This document shows, piece after piece, positions 20,946-31,119 of a stretch of 64,000 bases of DNA. Each line of letters starts with the position of its first letter. Within the stretch, counting starts at the first letter, position 1. The translations under genes were made by a program, and so were the position numbers. Source of the stretch: Ignavibacteriota bacterium (GTDB lineage Bacteria; Bacteroidota; Ignavibacteria; Palsa-1295); assembly GCA_963787835.1 (NCBI GenBank), contig CAWBEI010000002.1, forward strand, positions 704,001-768,000, given 5' to 3'. The notes below the pieces were generated by a model. It was not told the DNA's origin, made no database searches, and was given only the letters and a program-made list of their open reading frames with translations.

Positions 20946-21176
20946 ATGCTTTGGACCTCAGAATTAGCCGAATATTTACAAGACGCCCCATGGCCTGCCA
21001 ATAAGGCCGAACTCATCGATTATTGCGAACGTATCGGCGCACCGCCGGCGGTCGTCAGGAATTTGGAAGAGCTTGAAGACGAAGACGAGCAATTCGAGTC
21101 GATCGGCGAAGTGTGGCCGGATTACTCTCCTGAAGACGACGAGTTCTACTACGACGATGAATTGAACGAGTATTGA
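20946..21176 (+). CDS. DUF2795 family small acidic protein
   Basis: MLWTSELAEYLQDAPWPANKAELIDY...VWPDY matches the conserved small Bacteroidota family. Confidence 0.85.
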   Translation: MLWTSELAEYLQDAPWPANKAELIDYCERIGAPPAVVRNLEELEDEDEQFESIGEVWPDYSPEDDEFYYDDELNEY

Positions 21177-21266
21177 GCGTAAGGCGCTCCATTGACCCGG
21201 TTTCTCACGGCGGGGAGTTTGGTGACAACCCGCATTCATCCTATGTGAGTCTCAAGGATTGACCGA

Positions 21267-23528
21267 ATGCAAGTGATAATTTCATCCTATTCGGCCGCGA
21301 TCCTAAGGCCTCCCTTATCACTTCGGAGATTCTTACCGATCACCTCGTGGATCGTAACAGTATTGTTGTGCACCCTTGCGCCTTTTGCCAATGCGCAAAC
21401 CCTCTCCCCGGAATCGGAAGGCCAGTCTGTAAATATGACCGCCGGTCAGGTGGTTGCTATTGAGTTTCAAGGCAACCATGCCCTTTCGAGCGATGAGCTT
21501 GCAACGGTCACCAGTACAAAAGTTACGGGATGGCTAAGCCGGACTGTGTATGGGTTTCCTCTCCTGAAATCGTATGGGTCAGACTATCAAACGCTTTCCC
21601 AAACAACCCTCAGTCATGATACCACTGCACTGAGCAGATATTATCAAGACCATGGGTTCATCGATGCGCATTGCACTTATGTTGTACGTGCCGACCACGA
21701 AGATCTTCATAATTACTTCGAGCAGATCCGGCGTGAACGCCTGACGTTATCCACCGGTGCTAAACGGGGGCCACTGCCAGAAGTGCGTGACACTGTTATT
21801 TTTACAGTCAAGGAAGGACCAGCGTTTCATATTTCCCGCGTTGCCATTGAAGGTCTTGAATCGCTTCCCAATGAATTTCAAGGAGATCTGAATGAAAAAG
21901 TAACCATTAAATCCGGCCAGCAATGGTCCCGGGCTGCTGCCGCGAGTGAGGTCCAACGCCTGACCAGCATTTTGATCGAGAATGGCTATCCGAACGCTCG
22001 ATCGGATACCGTCATAGCACAACACACCGAAGGAGATAGCACGGTAAACGTTCTCTTTTATTTTCACCCAGGTCACCGGTATCGATATGGGCGGTTTGAA
22101 ATAAAATTTGATACTGCTTCCGCAGAAAAATCCCGAGTTGCAAATGGGGTGGTTCTATCGCAGATGTATATTGATAGCGGACATTGGTATAAACTTTCGG
22201 AGATCCAACGCAGCGAGGCGGCTTTGAACAAGCTGGGAACATTCGACTTGTTTCGCATTTCGCTGGACACCGATTATATCAACAGGCTGCCAGATTCCGC
22301 CCGCGATTCTGCCGCTGTTCCGGTCGAGATCTATCTCCGGATGAAACAACGGTGGGAAATTCCAGTTGGAATTTTTGGTGGGGAAAGTAGCCAGAAAGAC
22401 CTGGTATTCGGTTTTTCCGCCGGACTTACCAATAGGAACTTTTTTCAGAATGCCGATAATGTAAGCGCTCAAATCTCGTGGCAGTTTCTCCCAACCTCTC
22501 TTACCAGGTTAACCGCAAACATTGATTACACCGTACCGTATATCGGCCTCGGCCACATCCCACTCATCATGGGACTTGGCACCAGTAAACAGGTAACGTC
22601 CGACTCCCCCTCCTACACGTTCTACTCGGTCACGGCCCATTTGGGAACTACTTTTATCCTTAGCACGCTCGATAACAGAACGACGGTCACTCCGGATTTT
22701 CTCGTAGCATACGATAGTACACAAACTACCGATTCCAGTATCCGCGCCAACGCCCCACCGCACCAGGTAAACCTTATTCCATCCATCGCTTATCAGGATG
22801 ATCGTACGAATGATCTTATCAATCCCACGAGTGGATATTTACGTTCTGCCTCAGTAGAAATGGGTATCCCAACCACATTACTAAACGCACCAAGTTCAGC
22901 ATACCTGAAAAGTGTTTTTCAGATAAAATATTATTTCGATCTTTCGGATCGCGGCACCACCGTCATCGCCACCCATCTACGAGCCGGTGCATCCTATCTG
23001 TTCTATCCCGATTCCGATCGCGCCCCCTCACTTGACCGGCGTTTCTATGGTGGTGGAGCGACCTCGAATAGAGGCTGGGCCGAACAATCGCTGCTCGTCT
23101 CGAATTCTATTGCGAATAGTGCCACTCAGGGTGGATATAATGACCTGGAAGCTAACATCGAATTGCGCTTTGCACCATTCCAATATCCTGGCGAATTCAC
23201 GTCATGGCAGCAGTATTCCTCTCCGGTGAGAATCGTGTTATTTTACGATATTGGCAATGTGTGGGATAATATTGCGTGGACCGATTTTTCACAAGCGATC
23301 AACTTCAAGATGCTGGCTCAAACTATAGGTCTCGGCCTTCGATACAATACCTTTTTTGGGGCATTGCGTGTCGATTGGGGCTTTAAATTGTATGACCCAT
23401 CCAATCAATTCAATAACTTCCAATCGGCCATCACTCCAGACATGACTGGCGGCTGGCTTTTTAAACATAGATTTCTCTCCGTCGGCAACACGAGCAATTT
23501 TCATTTCGGGATCGGTCAGGCATTCTGA
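21267..23528 (+). CDS. Omp85 (BamA/TamA/TamL-type) protein
   Basis: POTRA-like segments, FYGGGATSNRGW loop, FYDIGNVW, GLGLRY; ends FGIGQAF. Confidence 0.85.
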   Translation: MQVIISSYSAAILRPPLSLRRFLPITSWIVTVLLCTLAPFANAQTLSPESEGQSVNMTAGQVVAIEFQGNHALSSDELATVTSTKVTGWLSRTVYGFPLLKSYGSDYQTLSQTTLSHDTTALSRYYQDHGFIDAHCTYVVRADHEDLHNYFEQIRRERLTLSTGAKRGPLPEVRDTVIFTVKEGPAFHISRVAIEGLESLPNEFQGDLNEKVTIKSGQQWSRAAAASEVQRLTSILIENGYPNARSDTVIAQHTEGDSTVNVLFYFHPGHRYRYGRFEIKFDTASAEKSRVANGVVLSQMYIDSGHWYKLSEIQRSEAALNKLGTFDLFRISLDTDYINRLPDSARDSAAVPVEIYLRMKQRWEIPVGIFGGESSQKDLVFGFSAGLTNRNFFQNADNVSAQISWQFLPTSLTRLTANIDYTVPYIGLGHIPLIMGLGTSKQVTSDSPSYTFYSVTAHLGTTFILSTLDNRTTVTPDFLVAYDSTQTTDSSIRANAPPHQVNLIPSIAYQDDRTNDLINPTSGYLRSASVEMGIPTTLLNAPSSAYLKSVFQIKYYFDLSDRGTTVIATHLRAGASYLFYPDSDRAPSLDRRFYGGGATSNRGWAEQSLLVSNSIANSATQGGYNDLEANIELRFAPFQYPGEFTSWQQYSSPVRIVLFYDIGNVWDNIAWTDFSQAINFKMLAQTIGLGLRYNTFFGALRVDWGFKLYDPSNQFNNFQSAITPDMTGGWLFKHRFLSVGNTSNFHFGIGQAF

Positions 23529-23630
23529 GATTCTTCTTTTCCAAAACACACGAACCCGAACCGCCCTTACAAAGGTTATTAACTATCCAACAAATCCTTA
23601 ACCTTGATTTAACGAAAGGAAAAAACTGCT

Positions 23631-25712
23631 ATGAGTACGCAGATTCGTAATCTTGCCCTTGCCGGACACGCAGGGTGCGGCAAGACCACCTTAGCCGAAG
23701 GCATTGCTTTTGCCGCGGGGGCCATAAACCGCCGCGGCACGATCCAGGAATCGAATACGATCTCCGATTATCACCCCGACGAGACCGCCCGAAAACATTC
23801 GATCAATACGTCCCTTATTTCCCTCAACTCCCAAAATACCAAGCTAAATATACTCGACACACCCGGATATGCCGATTTCACAGGTGAAGTGCGTGCGGCG
23901 CTGCACGTCGCCGATACTGCGATGATCGTGATCGATGCTCAGCATGGTGTCGAAGCCGGAACTGTTCAAGCATGGGACTTTTCTCAGCATGACCAAAATT
24001 CTGTCATCTTTATCATAAATAAACTCGATCACGTTGAAGCAGACTTTGATGCGGTCATCGAAAGTGCGAAAAGCCACTTCGGACACGAAGTAGCGATCGT
24101 TCAATTTCCATTGAACGAGGGCGAAGGTTTTAATGCTATCATTGATGTCATGAAGATGAAGCTTCTCCGATTTTCTACGGATGGGAAGTACACGGAAGAA
24201 GAAATTCCTGAGAACGTTCGCACTCGCGCCGATGAACTGCATCGGCAACTCGTCGAGATCGTGGCCGAAAGCGACGACACATTAATGGAGGAATATTTTG
24301 CGAACGATGGCCAGCTCGATGAATCCCATTTCGCCGGCGGCATCCATGAATCGCTCGCGCACCGAAAGCTTTTCCCGGTTCTTTGCGCTTCCGCAGAGAA
24401 GAATATTGGCGCTAAGCGCATCTTGGAGTTTTTGGTTACGAACGCTCCGGCCCCTGAAGATCATTTATCGGACGTAAAGGGAATCAATCCCGACACAAAA
24501 AAGGAAGTCAGCCTAAACGCCGCCCCGAAAGATGCGACTACACTCTTTGTGTTCAAAACCGTGAGCGAGCCGCATTTGGGCGATCTTTCGTTCTTCCGAG
24601 TGTATCATGGCGAACTTCATCCCGGCACGGATCTGGTGAATGAAGCGAATGGAAAAAGCGAGCGCATCGCTCAACTTTTTGTCATGAGTGGGAAAAACCG
24701 CAAGGAAGCATCATCCGTCCCGTGTGGTGACATTGCCGCTGCGGTAAAACTGAAAGATACCCATACCAATAATACGCTTTCCTCGCGAAGTTTTCCGGTC
24801 GTACTACATCCGATCGAATTTCCATCGCCGATCATCACAAGCGCCGTCGCGGCGAAGAATAAAGGCGATGAAGAAAAGATGGCCATCGGACTTCATTCCC
24901 TTCATGAGGAGGATCCAACATTCCTCGTGAGGCACGACCCCGAATTGCATCAGATGCTGATCGAAGGTCAGGGTGAATTGCACTTGGATATTGCGATTCG
25001 CCGGCTGAAAGAACGGTACAAAGTCGATATTGAGATCGTCGAACCGCGCATTGCATTCCGCGAAACGATCAAATCGAATGCGGACACCCGTTATCGCCAC
25101 AAAAAACAATCCGGGGGGGCAGGACAGTTTGGCGAAGTGGCAATCAAACTCCAGCCAAGACGGCGTGGCGAAGGATATGAATTTATCGATGCGATCGTTG
25201 GGGGCGTGGTCTCGAACAAGCATATTCCCGCTGTCGATAAAGGCATCCACGAATTCCTGACAAACGGCCCGCTGGCTGGTTATCCCGTCGTCGATGTGGC
25301 CGTCACATTGTATGATGGCAAGGAACATCCCGTCGATTCGAATGAAAATGCGTTCAAGACAGCCGGTAAGATGGCCTTCAAGGAGGCATTCCTGTCTGCT
25401 AAACCTGTATTGCTCGAACCGATCTATGATGTCGAGATCGCAGTTCCCGGCGATCACATGGGCGATGTGCTCGGCGATATTTCCTCGCGACGCGGCAAGA
25501 TCATGGGGATGGATTCCCGCAGTGGTTTCGAAGTGATCCGTGCGCAAGTGCCACTGGCTGAACTCTATCATTACTCCACGCGACTTCGATCACTTACTCA
25601 AGGCCGCGCTACCCATAAACAATCCTTCAGCCACTATGAAGAGGCGCCGCGGGAATTCGCGGATAAAGTGGTGCAGGAATCCGCGAAACATAAAGTAGCC
25701 GAAGTGGAATAA
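23631..25712 (+). CDS. Elongation factor G paralogue (EF-G2 type)
   Basis: GHAGCGKTT, DTPG, NKLD, GQGELHL, KKQSGGAGQF and HPVDS motifs; non-canonical switch I (ARKHSI); not in the str operon. Confidence 0.9.
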   Translation: MSTQIRNLALAGHAGCGKTTLAEGIAFAAGAINRRGTIQESNTISDYHPDETARKHSINTSLISLNSQNTKLNILDTPGYADFTGEVRAALHVADTAMIVIDAQHGVEAGTVQAWDFSQHDQNSVIFIINKLDHVEADFDAVIESAKSHFGHEVAIVQFPLNEGEGFNAIIDVMKMKLLRFSTDGKYTEEEIPENVRTRADELHRQLVEIVAESDDTLMEEYFANDGQLDESHFAGGIHESLAHRKLFPVLCASAEKNIGAKRILEFLVTNAPAPEDHLSDVKGINPDTKKEVSLNAAPKDATTLFVFKTVSEPHLGDLSFFRVYHGELHPGTDLVNEANGKSERIAQLFVMSGKNRKEASSVPCGDIAAAVKLKDTHTNNTLSSRSFPVVLHPIEFPSPIITSAVAAKNKGDEEKMAIGLHSLHEEDPTFLVRHDPELHQMLIEGQGELHLDIAIRRLKERYKVDIEIVEPRIAFRETIKSNADTRYRHKKQSGGAGQFGEVAIKLQPRRRGEGYEFIDAIVGGVVSNKHIPAVDKGIHEFLTNGPLAGYPVVDVAVTLYDGKEHPVDSNENAFKTAGKMAFKEAFLSAKPVLLEPIYDVEIAVPGDHMGDVLGDISSRRGKIMGMDSRSGFEVIRAQVPLAELYHYSTRLRSLTQGRATHKQSFSHYEEAPREFADKVVQESAKHKVAEVE

Positions 25713-25719
25713 AGCAATT

Positions 25720-25753
25720 GTGTAGCACCGGGAATATATTCCCGGTGCTACAC
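25720..25753. repeat. GTAG-type REP palindrome (perfect, 34 bp)
   Basis: GTGTAGCACCGGGAATATATTCCCGGTGCTACAC is its own reverse complement. Confidence 0.85.
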
Positions 25754-25921
25754 CGATTTCGTACGTTGTATCCTCATGGAGTAAAAACGATTGTGTTTTG
25801 ACAAGTTCCTTACATTCTTCTTACATTTCCGTGACAACTCGCAAATGGCGATCTGGTATTTTTGTATCGTCTTTTTGGACACACCGAAAAGCAGAACTTA
25901 ACAATCAAACCAAACACGATT

Positions 25922-26131
25922 ATGACACGGAAATTAGCTTCACTTCTTACCCTCGGTTTTCTCATCTTTGGCTCGGCGATCGGATTTACGGGCTGTTCCT
26001 CTCCAGATTTTCCGGACAGCAACCTCGGACATCAGTTAGGAATGTTAAACATCAAAGCCGACACCGATAGCTATCTTATCGCACCGACTACTCCGAGCAA
26101 AGCCGACTCGATAGCGCAACCAGCGCGCTAA
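25922..26131 (+). CDS. Small lipoprotein (69 aa)
   Basis: ATG at 25922; MTRKLASLLTLGFLIFGSAIGFTGC signal and lipobox. Confidence 0.65.
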   Translation: MTRKLASLLTLGFLIFGSAIGFTGCSSPDFPDSNLGHQLGMLNIKADTDSYLIAPTTPSKADSIAQPAR

Positions 26132-26156
26132 ATTGCGGCAGGACATAAAACAATCG

Positions 26157-26189
26157 CGTAGCGCCGGGAATATATACCCGGCACTACAC
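26157..26189. repeat. Second, imperfect GTAG-type REP copy
   Basis: CGTAGCGCCGGGAATATATACCCGGCACTACAC is homologous to 25720-25753. Confidence 0.8.
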
Positions 26190-26202
26190 GGTTAGTTGCC
26201 GC

Positions 26203-27915
26203 ATGACGCCCATCAAATTCTGCCTCCTCTGGCACCAGCACCAGCCGTATTATCGAACAGACCATCGCTTCCTCATGCCGTGGGCGTGGCTGCATGCCAC
26301 GAAAGATTATCTCGAAATGGCCGAGCATTTCGAGCGGCACCCGAACATGCGCGGCACGATCAATCTCGTGCCTTCGCTTCTTAAGCAAATTCAGGAATAT
26401 ATTTCCGGCGAGGCCGTCGATCCCGTGGTCGAGCTAATGTCTAAACCCGCCCAGGCACTGACGGCATCTGACAAATCCTTCATGCTCGATACTTTTTTTC
26501 ATGCACAGAAGGAGCGGCTTATCGATCGATCACCGCGATTTCGGGAATTATACGATAAAGCGAACGGACCAAATCCCAAAGCCCATTTCGAGCTTCAGGA
26601 TTACCGCGATCTCGCGGTTCAATATTCCCTTGCCTGGACGGGTGAGATCGCTCGCAACCGGGAACCGTTCAAAAGTCTTGTCGAGAAAGATCGTGGGTAT
26701 TCCGAGGATGATAAACAAACGCTTGCAAAAGCACAATTAGAAAATGTAAAGAGAATTATTCCTCTGCATCGGAAGCTGGCGAAGAAGAAACAGATCGAAC
26801 TCACTACGTCACCTTTTTACCATCCCATTCTTCCTCTGCTTGTAGATACCGAAAGTGCGCGCGATGCTATGCCTGGTGTGGAGCTTCCCCACCACCGCTT
26901 TCAAGCGCCGGAAGAAGCCTACGAACAAATATATTGCGCCCGCACCTTTTTCAAGGATAAATTGGGAATCGATCCACGCGGAATGTGGCCCAGTGAAGGA
27001 AGCCTTTCGTGGGACGCCCTCACGCTCATTCGCAAAAATGGATTCGAATGGACTGCAACGGATGAAGCCGTCCTCGACCACACGATCCATACAGCATCCA
27101 TCACGGCTGGGAACAATACGATCAAACCAAAACATGCTAAATATTTTCCATGGATCGCAAACACTGCCGAAGGTGATATTACCCTTTTCTTCCGGGATCA
27201 CGGGCTTTCAGATGACATCGGGTTCTTGTATTCCTCCTGGAACGCCGACCATGCCGTCGAGCATTTCGTTGGGAACCTGCTGAGTATTCGTTCCGAGTTG
27301 ATCCAGGATCACGGAGAAGACATCTTGCAGGAAGCGTGTATCTCTGTCATCCTCGATGGTGAAAATTGCTGGGAATATTATCGGAATAATGGATTTGAAT
27401 TTCTCGATAAGCTCTACTCGACGCTCGCTTCTACCCCGGAGATCAAACCTGTGACGTTCCGTGAATCTATCGCTGGCACCCAGCAAGACTCACTTCCAAA
27501 ATTATCGAAACTCATCGCAGGTTCCTGGATTCATGGCAATTTCCAAATATGGATCGGACATCCGGAAGATAACGCAGCCTGGGATGCGCTTTCTTTGGCT
27601 AAACAAGCATTGGACGATGCGCGAGCTAAAGCCCGAAAACTTCGCGGCACCGCCCATACCGAAGCGCTTGCCCGCATCGAGGCTGCGCATGAAGAACTAA
27701 AGATCGCCGAGGGAAGCGATTGGTGCTGGTGGTATGGTGATGATAATATAAGCGATCAGAGCGAGATATTCGATCAATTGTACCGAATGCATATCAGCGA
27801 AGTGTATCGGCAACTTGGCCTGAATCCTCCCGAAGACCTTTCGCATCCTATCTCCGGCAGGTTTTCCTCGAACTCACCTTCGGCACGATCTGGCGCTATG
27901 CACCGAGCCACCTAA
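26203..27915 (+). CDS. Glycoside hydrolase family 57 (amylopullulanase-like)
   Basis: WHQHQP, HATKDY, PFYHPILPL, GMWPSEG, LDGENCWE and AEGSDWCWW motifs. Confidence 0.92.
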   Translation: MTPIKFCLLWHQHQPYYRTDHRFLMPWAWLHATKDYLEMAEHFERHPNMRGTINLVPSLLKQIQEYISGEAVDPVVELMSKPAQALTASDKSFMLDTFFHAQKERLIDRSPRFRELYDKANGPNPKAHFELQDYRDLAVQYSLAWTGEIARNREPFKSLVEKDRGYSEDDKQTLAKAQLENVKRIIPLHRKLAKKKQIELTTSPFYHPILPLLVDTESARDAMPGVELPHHRFQAPEEAYEQIYCARTFFKDKLGIDPRGMWPSEGSLSWDALTLIRKNGFEWTATDEAVLDHTIHTASITAGNNTIKPKHAKYFPWIANTAEGDITLFFRDHGLSDDIGFLYSSWNADHAVEHFVGNLLSIRSELIQDHGEDILQEACISVILDGENCWEYYRNNGFEFLDKLYSTLASTPEIKPVTFRESIAGTQQDSLPKLSKLIAGSWIHGNFQIWIGHPEDNAAWDALSLAKQALDDARAKARKLRGTAHTEALARIEAAHEELKIAEGSDWCWWYGDDNISDQSEIFDQLYRMHISEVYRQLGLNPPEDLSHPISGRFSSNSPSARSGAMHRAT

Positions 27916-27918
27916 GGC

Positions 27919-29790
27919 GTGTTGCAAGAACACTTTGATCCCCATCGGGAGCGAAAGACAGCCGTCTTTCATTCTACTCTTATAATGAGCAGCTTCATGA
28001 GGAACGGTACGGCTATTTTTTTGCTGATTCTTTGCTCGTCGGTCACTCGCGCGTATCCCATTTCAAAAATTCTCTTTCATGGTAATTCACAGATTACGAA
28101 TGGACAGTTGCTCGATGCCCTCGGCGATAACATTCTAAAACGAAACCTCACAAGCAGATCTGAAGCCTTCCTGGTTGTAGAGCAGGCCAAGCAATCTATC
28201 CAAAAAACGTATTCCGAAGCTGGCTTTTTGTATGCGCAGATCGACTCGTTTCAGATCAACCTTGCAGTTCCCAACGATTCCTCGCAAGGATTTCAATTCG
28301 ACTTCTTCATTTTCGAAGGATCGCCATATCACATTAGCTCGATCTCCATTCGTGGTAATACGATCCTTACCGAACATGAGCTTACGAGCAAAATGGCGAG
28401 CGTTCCCGGTCAGATCCTGAATGAAACGACGCTTCAAGATGACATTTCCCGCCTCCTTGCACTGTACGAGCAATATGGTTACCCCCTTGCAAAGATTTCT
28501 ATCGATGCCATTATTCCACGCTATGATACTGCAAAGCACAGTGGACTTCTGACCATTCACCTTCGAGTCACCGAAGGGCCGCGCGCCAAAATTGGGAAGA
28601 TCGTTATCCTTGGGAATGATAATACGAATGCCAACGTCATCACCCGTGAATTAGCGCTGCGTCCCGGCACGTTTTACAATGCCGAGGAGCTCACAGCAGC
28701 TCGTGCCCGCGTCGAGCGGCTCGGTTTTTTCGAATCGGTCTCCGAGCCGGAACTCTATCTCGATCACGATTCCAGCGTGGTCGTGGTGCTTCGGGTAAAG
28801 GAAGCCAGCACCAGCGCGATCGATGGCGTGCTGGGATATAATCCTCCTGCCACTACGACCGAATCCGGCTACCTGAGTGGCCTGGTCGATCTCAGCTTGC
28901 GCGATATTTCCGGAACTGGCCGTAATGCCACGCTCCATTACGATCGCACCACTGCTTCGACGCAAACCCTTCAAGTGAGCTATCTCGAACCCTGGCTCTT
29001 CGGCTATCCACTGAATTTCTCCGGCGATTTTGCCCAGCGGCAGCAGGATAGCACCTACACGCAAACCACTGCTTCCGGGAACCTCTCGCTTGCGCTTACG
29101 CAGGATATTCGCATCATCGGCATGCTCTCGTATGAGCGCGTTATTCCGAGCAACGAAGATAGTACCGCATTCACTACCTACGACAGCAAAACCATCACCA
29201 CCGGACTCAGCGCAAGCATCGATACGCGAGATAATTCCATTGCACCTCGCAGCGGGGTCGTTGGCCTGCTTGGCGCGAGTTATGGAATTAAATCCATCTA
29301 CGGCCCCGCGCAATATATCGATTCTTCTACTCCCTCCTCGATCGGACTCAGCACCGTTTCCCTCGATGCCAGCGGTTATCATACGCTTTTTTCGCAGAAG
29401 GTCGTCGGCGTGATCGGGCTGCATGCGCGAAGCATCACGGCGAACAACGGTCAGCTCGATGCCAGCGATCTTTTTCGAATCGGCGGCATTTTCACCATTC
29501 GCGGATACCGCGATGAGGAACTGATCGCCTCCCGTTATGCCTACGCTAATCTCGAACTCCGATTCATGATGTCCCAGCTTTCGTTTTTCAATTTCTTCGT
29601 CGATGGCGGATATCTGAAAAAAGATTCGACTGCCTCATCGTCTGCGGAATTGCCACAGTATCCTTTGAGTTACGGGATGGGTGCGCAGCTCGAAAGTCCG
29701 CTTGGCATCCTTGCCGTTTCCATCGGGCTTGCTCGCGGCGAACCGATCTCGCAGGCCATCTTTGCATTTGGATTAGTAAAACAGTTTTAA
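27919..29790 (+). CDS. Omp85 family protein with POTRA domains
   Basis: I.GN...T..VI.REL POTRA motifs, YLEPWLFG, GGIFTIRGY; ends KQF; true start possibly near 27985-27997. Confidence 0.85.
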   Translation: MLQEHFDPHRERKTAVFHSTLIMSSFMRNGTAIFLLILCSSVTRAYPISKILFHGNSQITNGQLLDALGDNILKRNLTSRSEAFLVVEQAKQSIQKTYSEAGFLYAQIDSFQINLAVPNDSSQGFQFDFFIFEGSPYHISSISIRGNTILTEHELTSKMASVPGQILNETTLQDDISRLLALYEQYGYPLAKISIDAIIPRYDTAKHSGLLTIHLRVTEGPRAKIGKIVILGNDNTNANVITRELALRPGTFYNAEELTAARARVERLGFFESVSEPELYLDHDSSVVVVLRVKEASTSAIDGVLGYNPPATTTESGYLSGLVDLSLRDISGTGRNATLHYDRTTASTQTLQVSYLEPWLFGYPLNFSGDFAQRQQDSTYTQTTASGNLSLALTQDIRIIGMLSYERVIPSNEDSTAFTTYDSKTITTGLSASIDTRDNSIAPRSGVVGLLGASYGIKSIYGPAQYIDSSTPSSIGLSTVSLDASGYHTLFSQKVVGVIGLHARSITANNGQLDASDLFRIGGIFTIRGYRDEELIASRYAYANLELRFMMSQLSFFNFFVDGGYLKKDSTASSSAELPQYPLSYGMGAQLESPLGILAVSIGLARGEPISQAIFAFGLVKQF

Positions 29791-29803
29791 GAATTTTTAT
29801 TAT

Positions 29804-29929
29804 GTCATTGCGAGGAAGAATTGTGGAGCGAAGCGGAACAATTCTGACGAAGCAATCTCACTCTTAAAGCCGGGAGATTGCTTCGTCGAATCGAACTCCC
29901 TCCGGTCGTTCGATTCTTCTCGCAATGAC
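29804..29929. repeat. Paired inverted REP/RPE-like element (GTCATTGCGAG family)
   Basis: GTCATTGCGAG...GACGAAGCAATCTC / GAGATTGCTTCGTC...CTCGCAATGAC; homologous to 50700-50801. Confidence 0.85.
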
Positions 29930-29943
29930 GTCGTAACTTATTC

Positions 29944-30690
29944 ATGAGTACCAATATCACATCAGAACCTACCACGATAAAGCCCAGAGAGCGAAAACCA
30001 CTTTCCTGGAAAACCGAACGTGCCCATTGGAAACGTGGAATTTTTTCCATCATGGGCGTCGATGAAGCGGGTCGCGGGCCGCTTGCCGGGCCGGTCGTTG
30101 CTGCCGCCGTGTATTTCGATCACGACAAATGCAAAAATTTCCCGAAATCTCTGCGCGATCTCAACGATTCCAAGCAGCTTCTCGAAGAAGAGCGCGAGCG
30201 TTTCTACACGCTGATCCTTAAACATGCTCGAAGCTGGGGTGTCGGCATCGTTTCTCACGAAGAGATCGACCGCATCAACATTCTCCAGGCCACGATGAAA
30301 GCAATGACCATCGCAGTCGAGCAGGCTGCAGAAAAACTTGCCGCCGATGAAATTGCGCCTGAACTTCTGCTGGTCGATGGAAACTATTTTCGCACCAAGC
30401 TTCCCTACCAATTCCAAACCGTGATCGATGGCGATGCCAAATCGCCGCTCATCGCAGCAGCCTCGGTCATCGCCAAAGTTACCCGCGACCGCATTATGGT
30501 GGAGCTTCACGAGAAATATCCGCAGTACAATTTCCGATCGAACAAAGGCTATAGCGTCCCCGAGCACTTACGCGCACTGAAGGAGCATGGCCCATGTCCC
30601 GAGCATAGACGCAGTTTCCGCCCCGAGCGGTTTCAGGAGAATCTGGAATTTGAAACGATAGTGAGTGATGAAGCCCTTATTAGCTCGTGA
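29944..30690 (+). CDS. rnhB: Ribonuclease HII
   Basis: GVDEAGRGPLAGPV, DSK, VDGN, IAAASVIAKVTRD, NKGY and HRRSF motifs. Confidence 0.95.
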   Translation: MSTNITSEPTTIKPRERKPLSWKTERAHWKRGIFSIMGVDEAGRGPLAGPVVAAAVYFDHDKCKNFPKSLRDLNDSKQLLEEERERFYTLILKHARSWGVGIVSHEEIDRINILQATMKAMTIAVEQAAEKLAADEIAPELLLVDGNYFRTKLPYQFQTVIDGDAKSPLIAAASVIAKVTRDRIMVELHEKYPQYNFRSNKGYSVPEHLRALKEHGPCPEHRRSFRPERFQENLEFETIVSDEALISS

Positions 30691-30708
30691 ATTGCAACCA
30701 ACATTTCT

Positions 30709-31116
30709 ATGTCCTTTGAATTCAACGACAACGCTGGTGAATTCCGCGCTCCCTCAAAGCTATCGCGTATCGAGCTTGCGAAGCTTGGCGAGGAACATGC
30801 TGCGAAGCTTGTGGCTTCGCTCGGCTACCGGATCGTGAAGCGGAATTTCCGGTTTGGCAAGGTAGGCGAAATAGATATTGTCGCCTACGATGGCGAGTGC
30901 CTTGTTTTTATCGAAGTCAAAGCGCGGCAGGATCACAGCCACGGCACGCCGGAATCATCCATTGATTTCCGCAAACAGGCGCAGTTAAAGAAGGTTGCGC
31001 GGATGTATTATTATGTGAATGCGATTCAAGAAGCCGTCTGCCGGTTCGATGTCGTTGCCGTCGATATTTTTGGGAAGAAAATTGATGTTCGACATCATAA
31101 AAATGCGTTTAGTTAA
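30709..31116 (+). CDS. yraN: YraN (UPF0102) family endonuclease-like protein
   Basis: GEEHA, GEIDIVA, LVFIEVKAR and RFDVVAV motifs; follows rnhB. Confidence 0.9.
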   Translation: MSFEFNDNAGEFRAPSKLSRIELAKLGEEHAAKLVASLGYRIVKRNFRFGKVGEIDIVAYDGECLVFIEVKARQDHSHGTPESSIDFRKQAQLKKVARMYYYVNAIQEAVCRFDVVAVDIFGKKIDVRHHKNAFS

Positions 31117-31119
31117 ACT

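Noticed and set aside
25720-26189. CRISPR array
   Set aside because: Only two copies about 400 bp apart, no regular spacers and no cas genes
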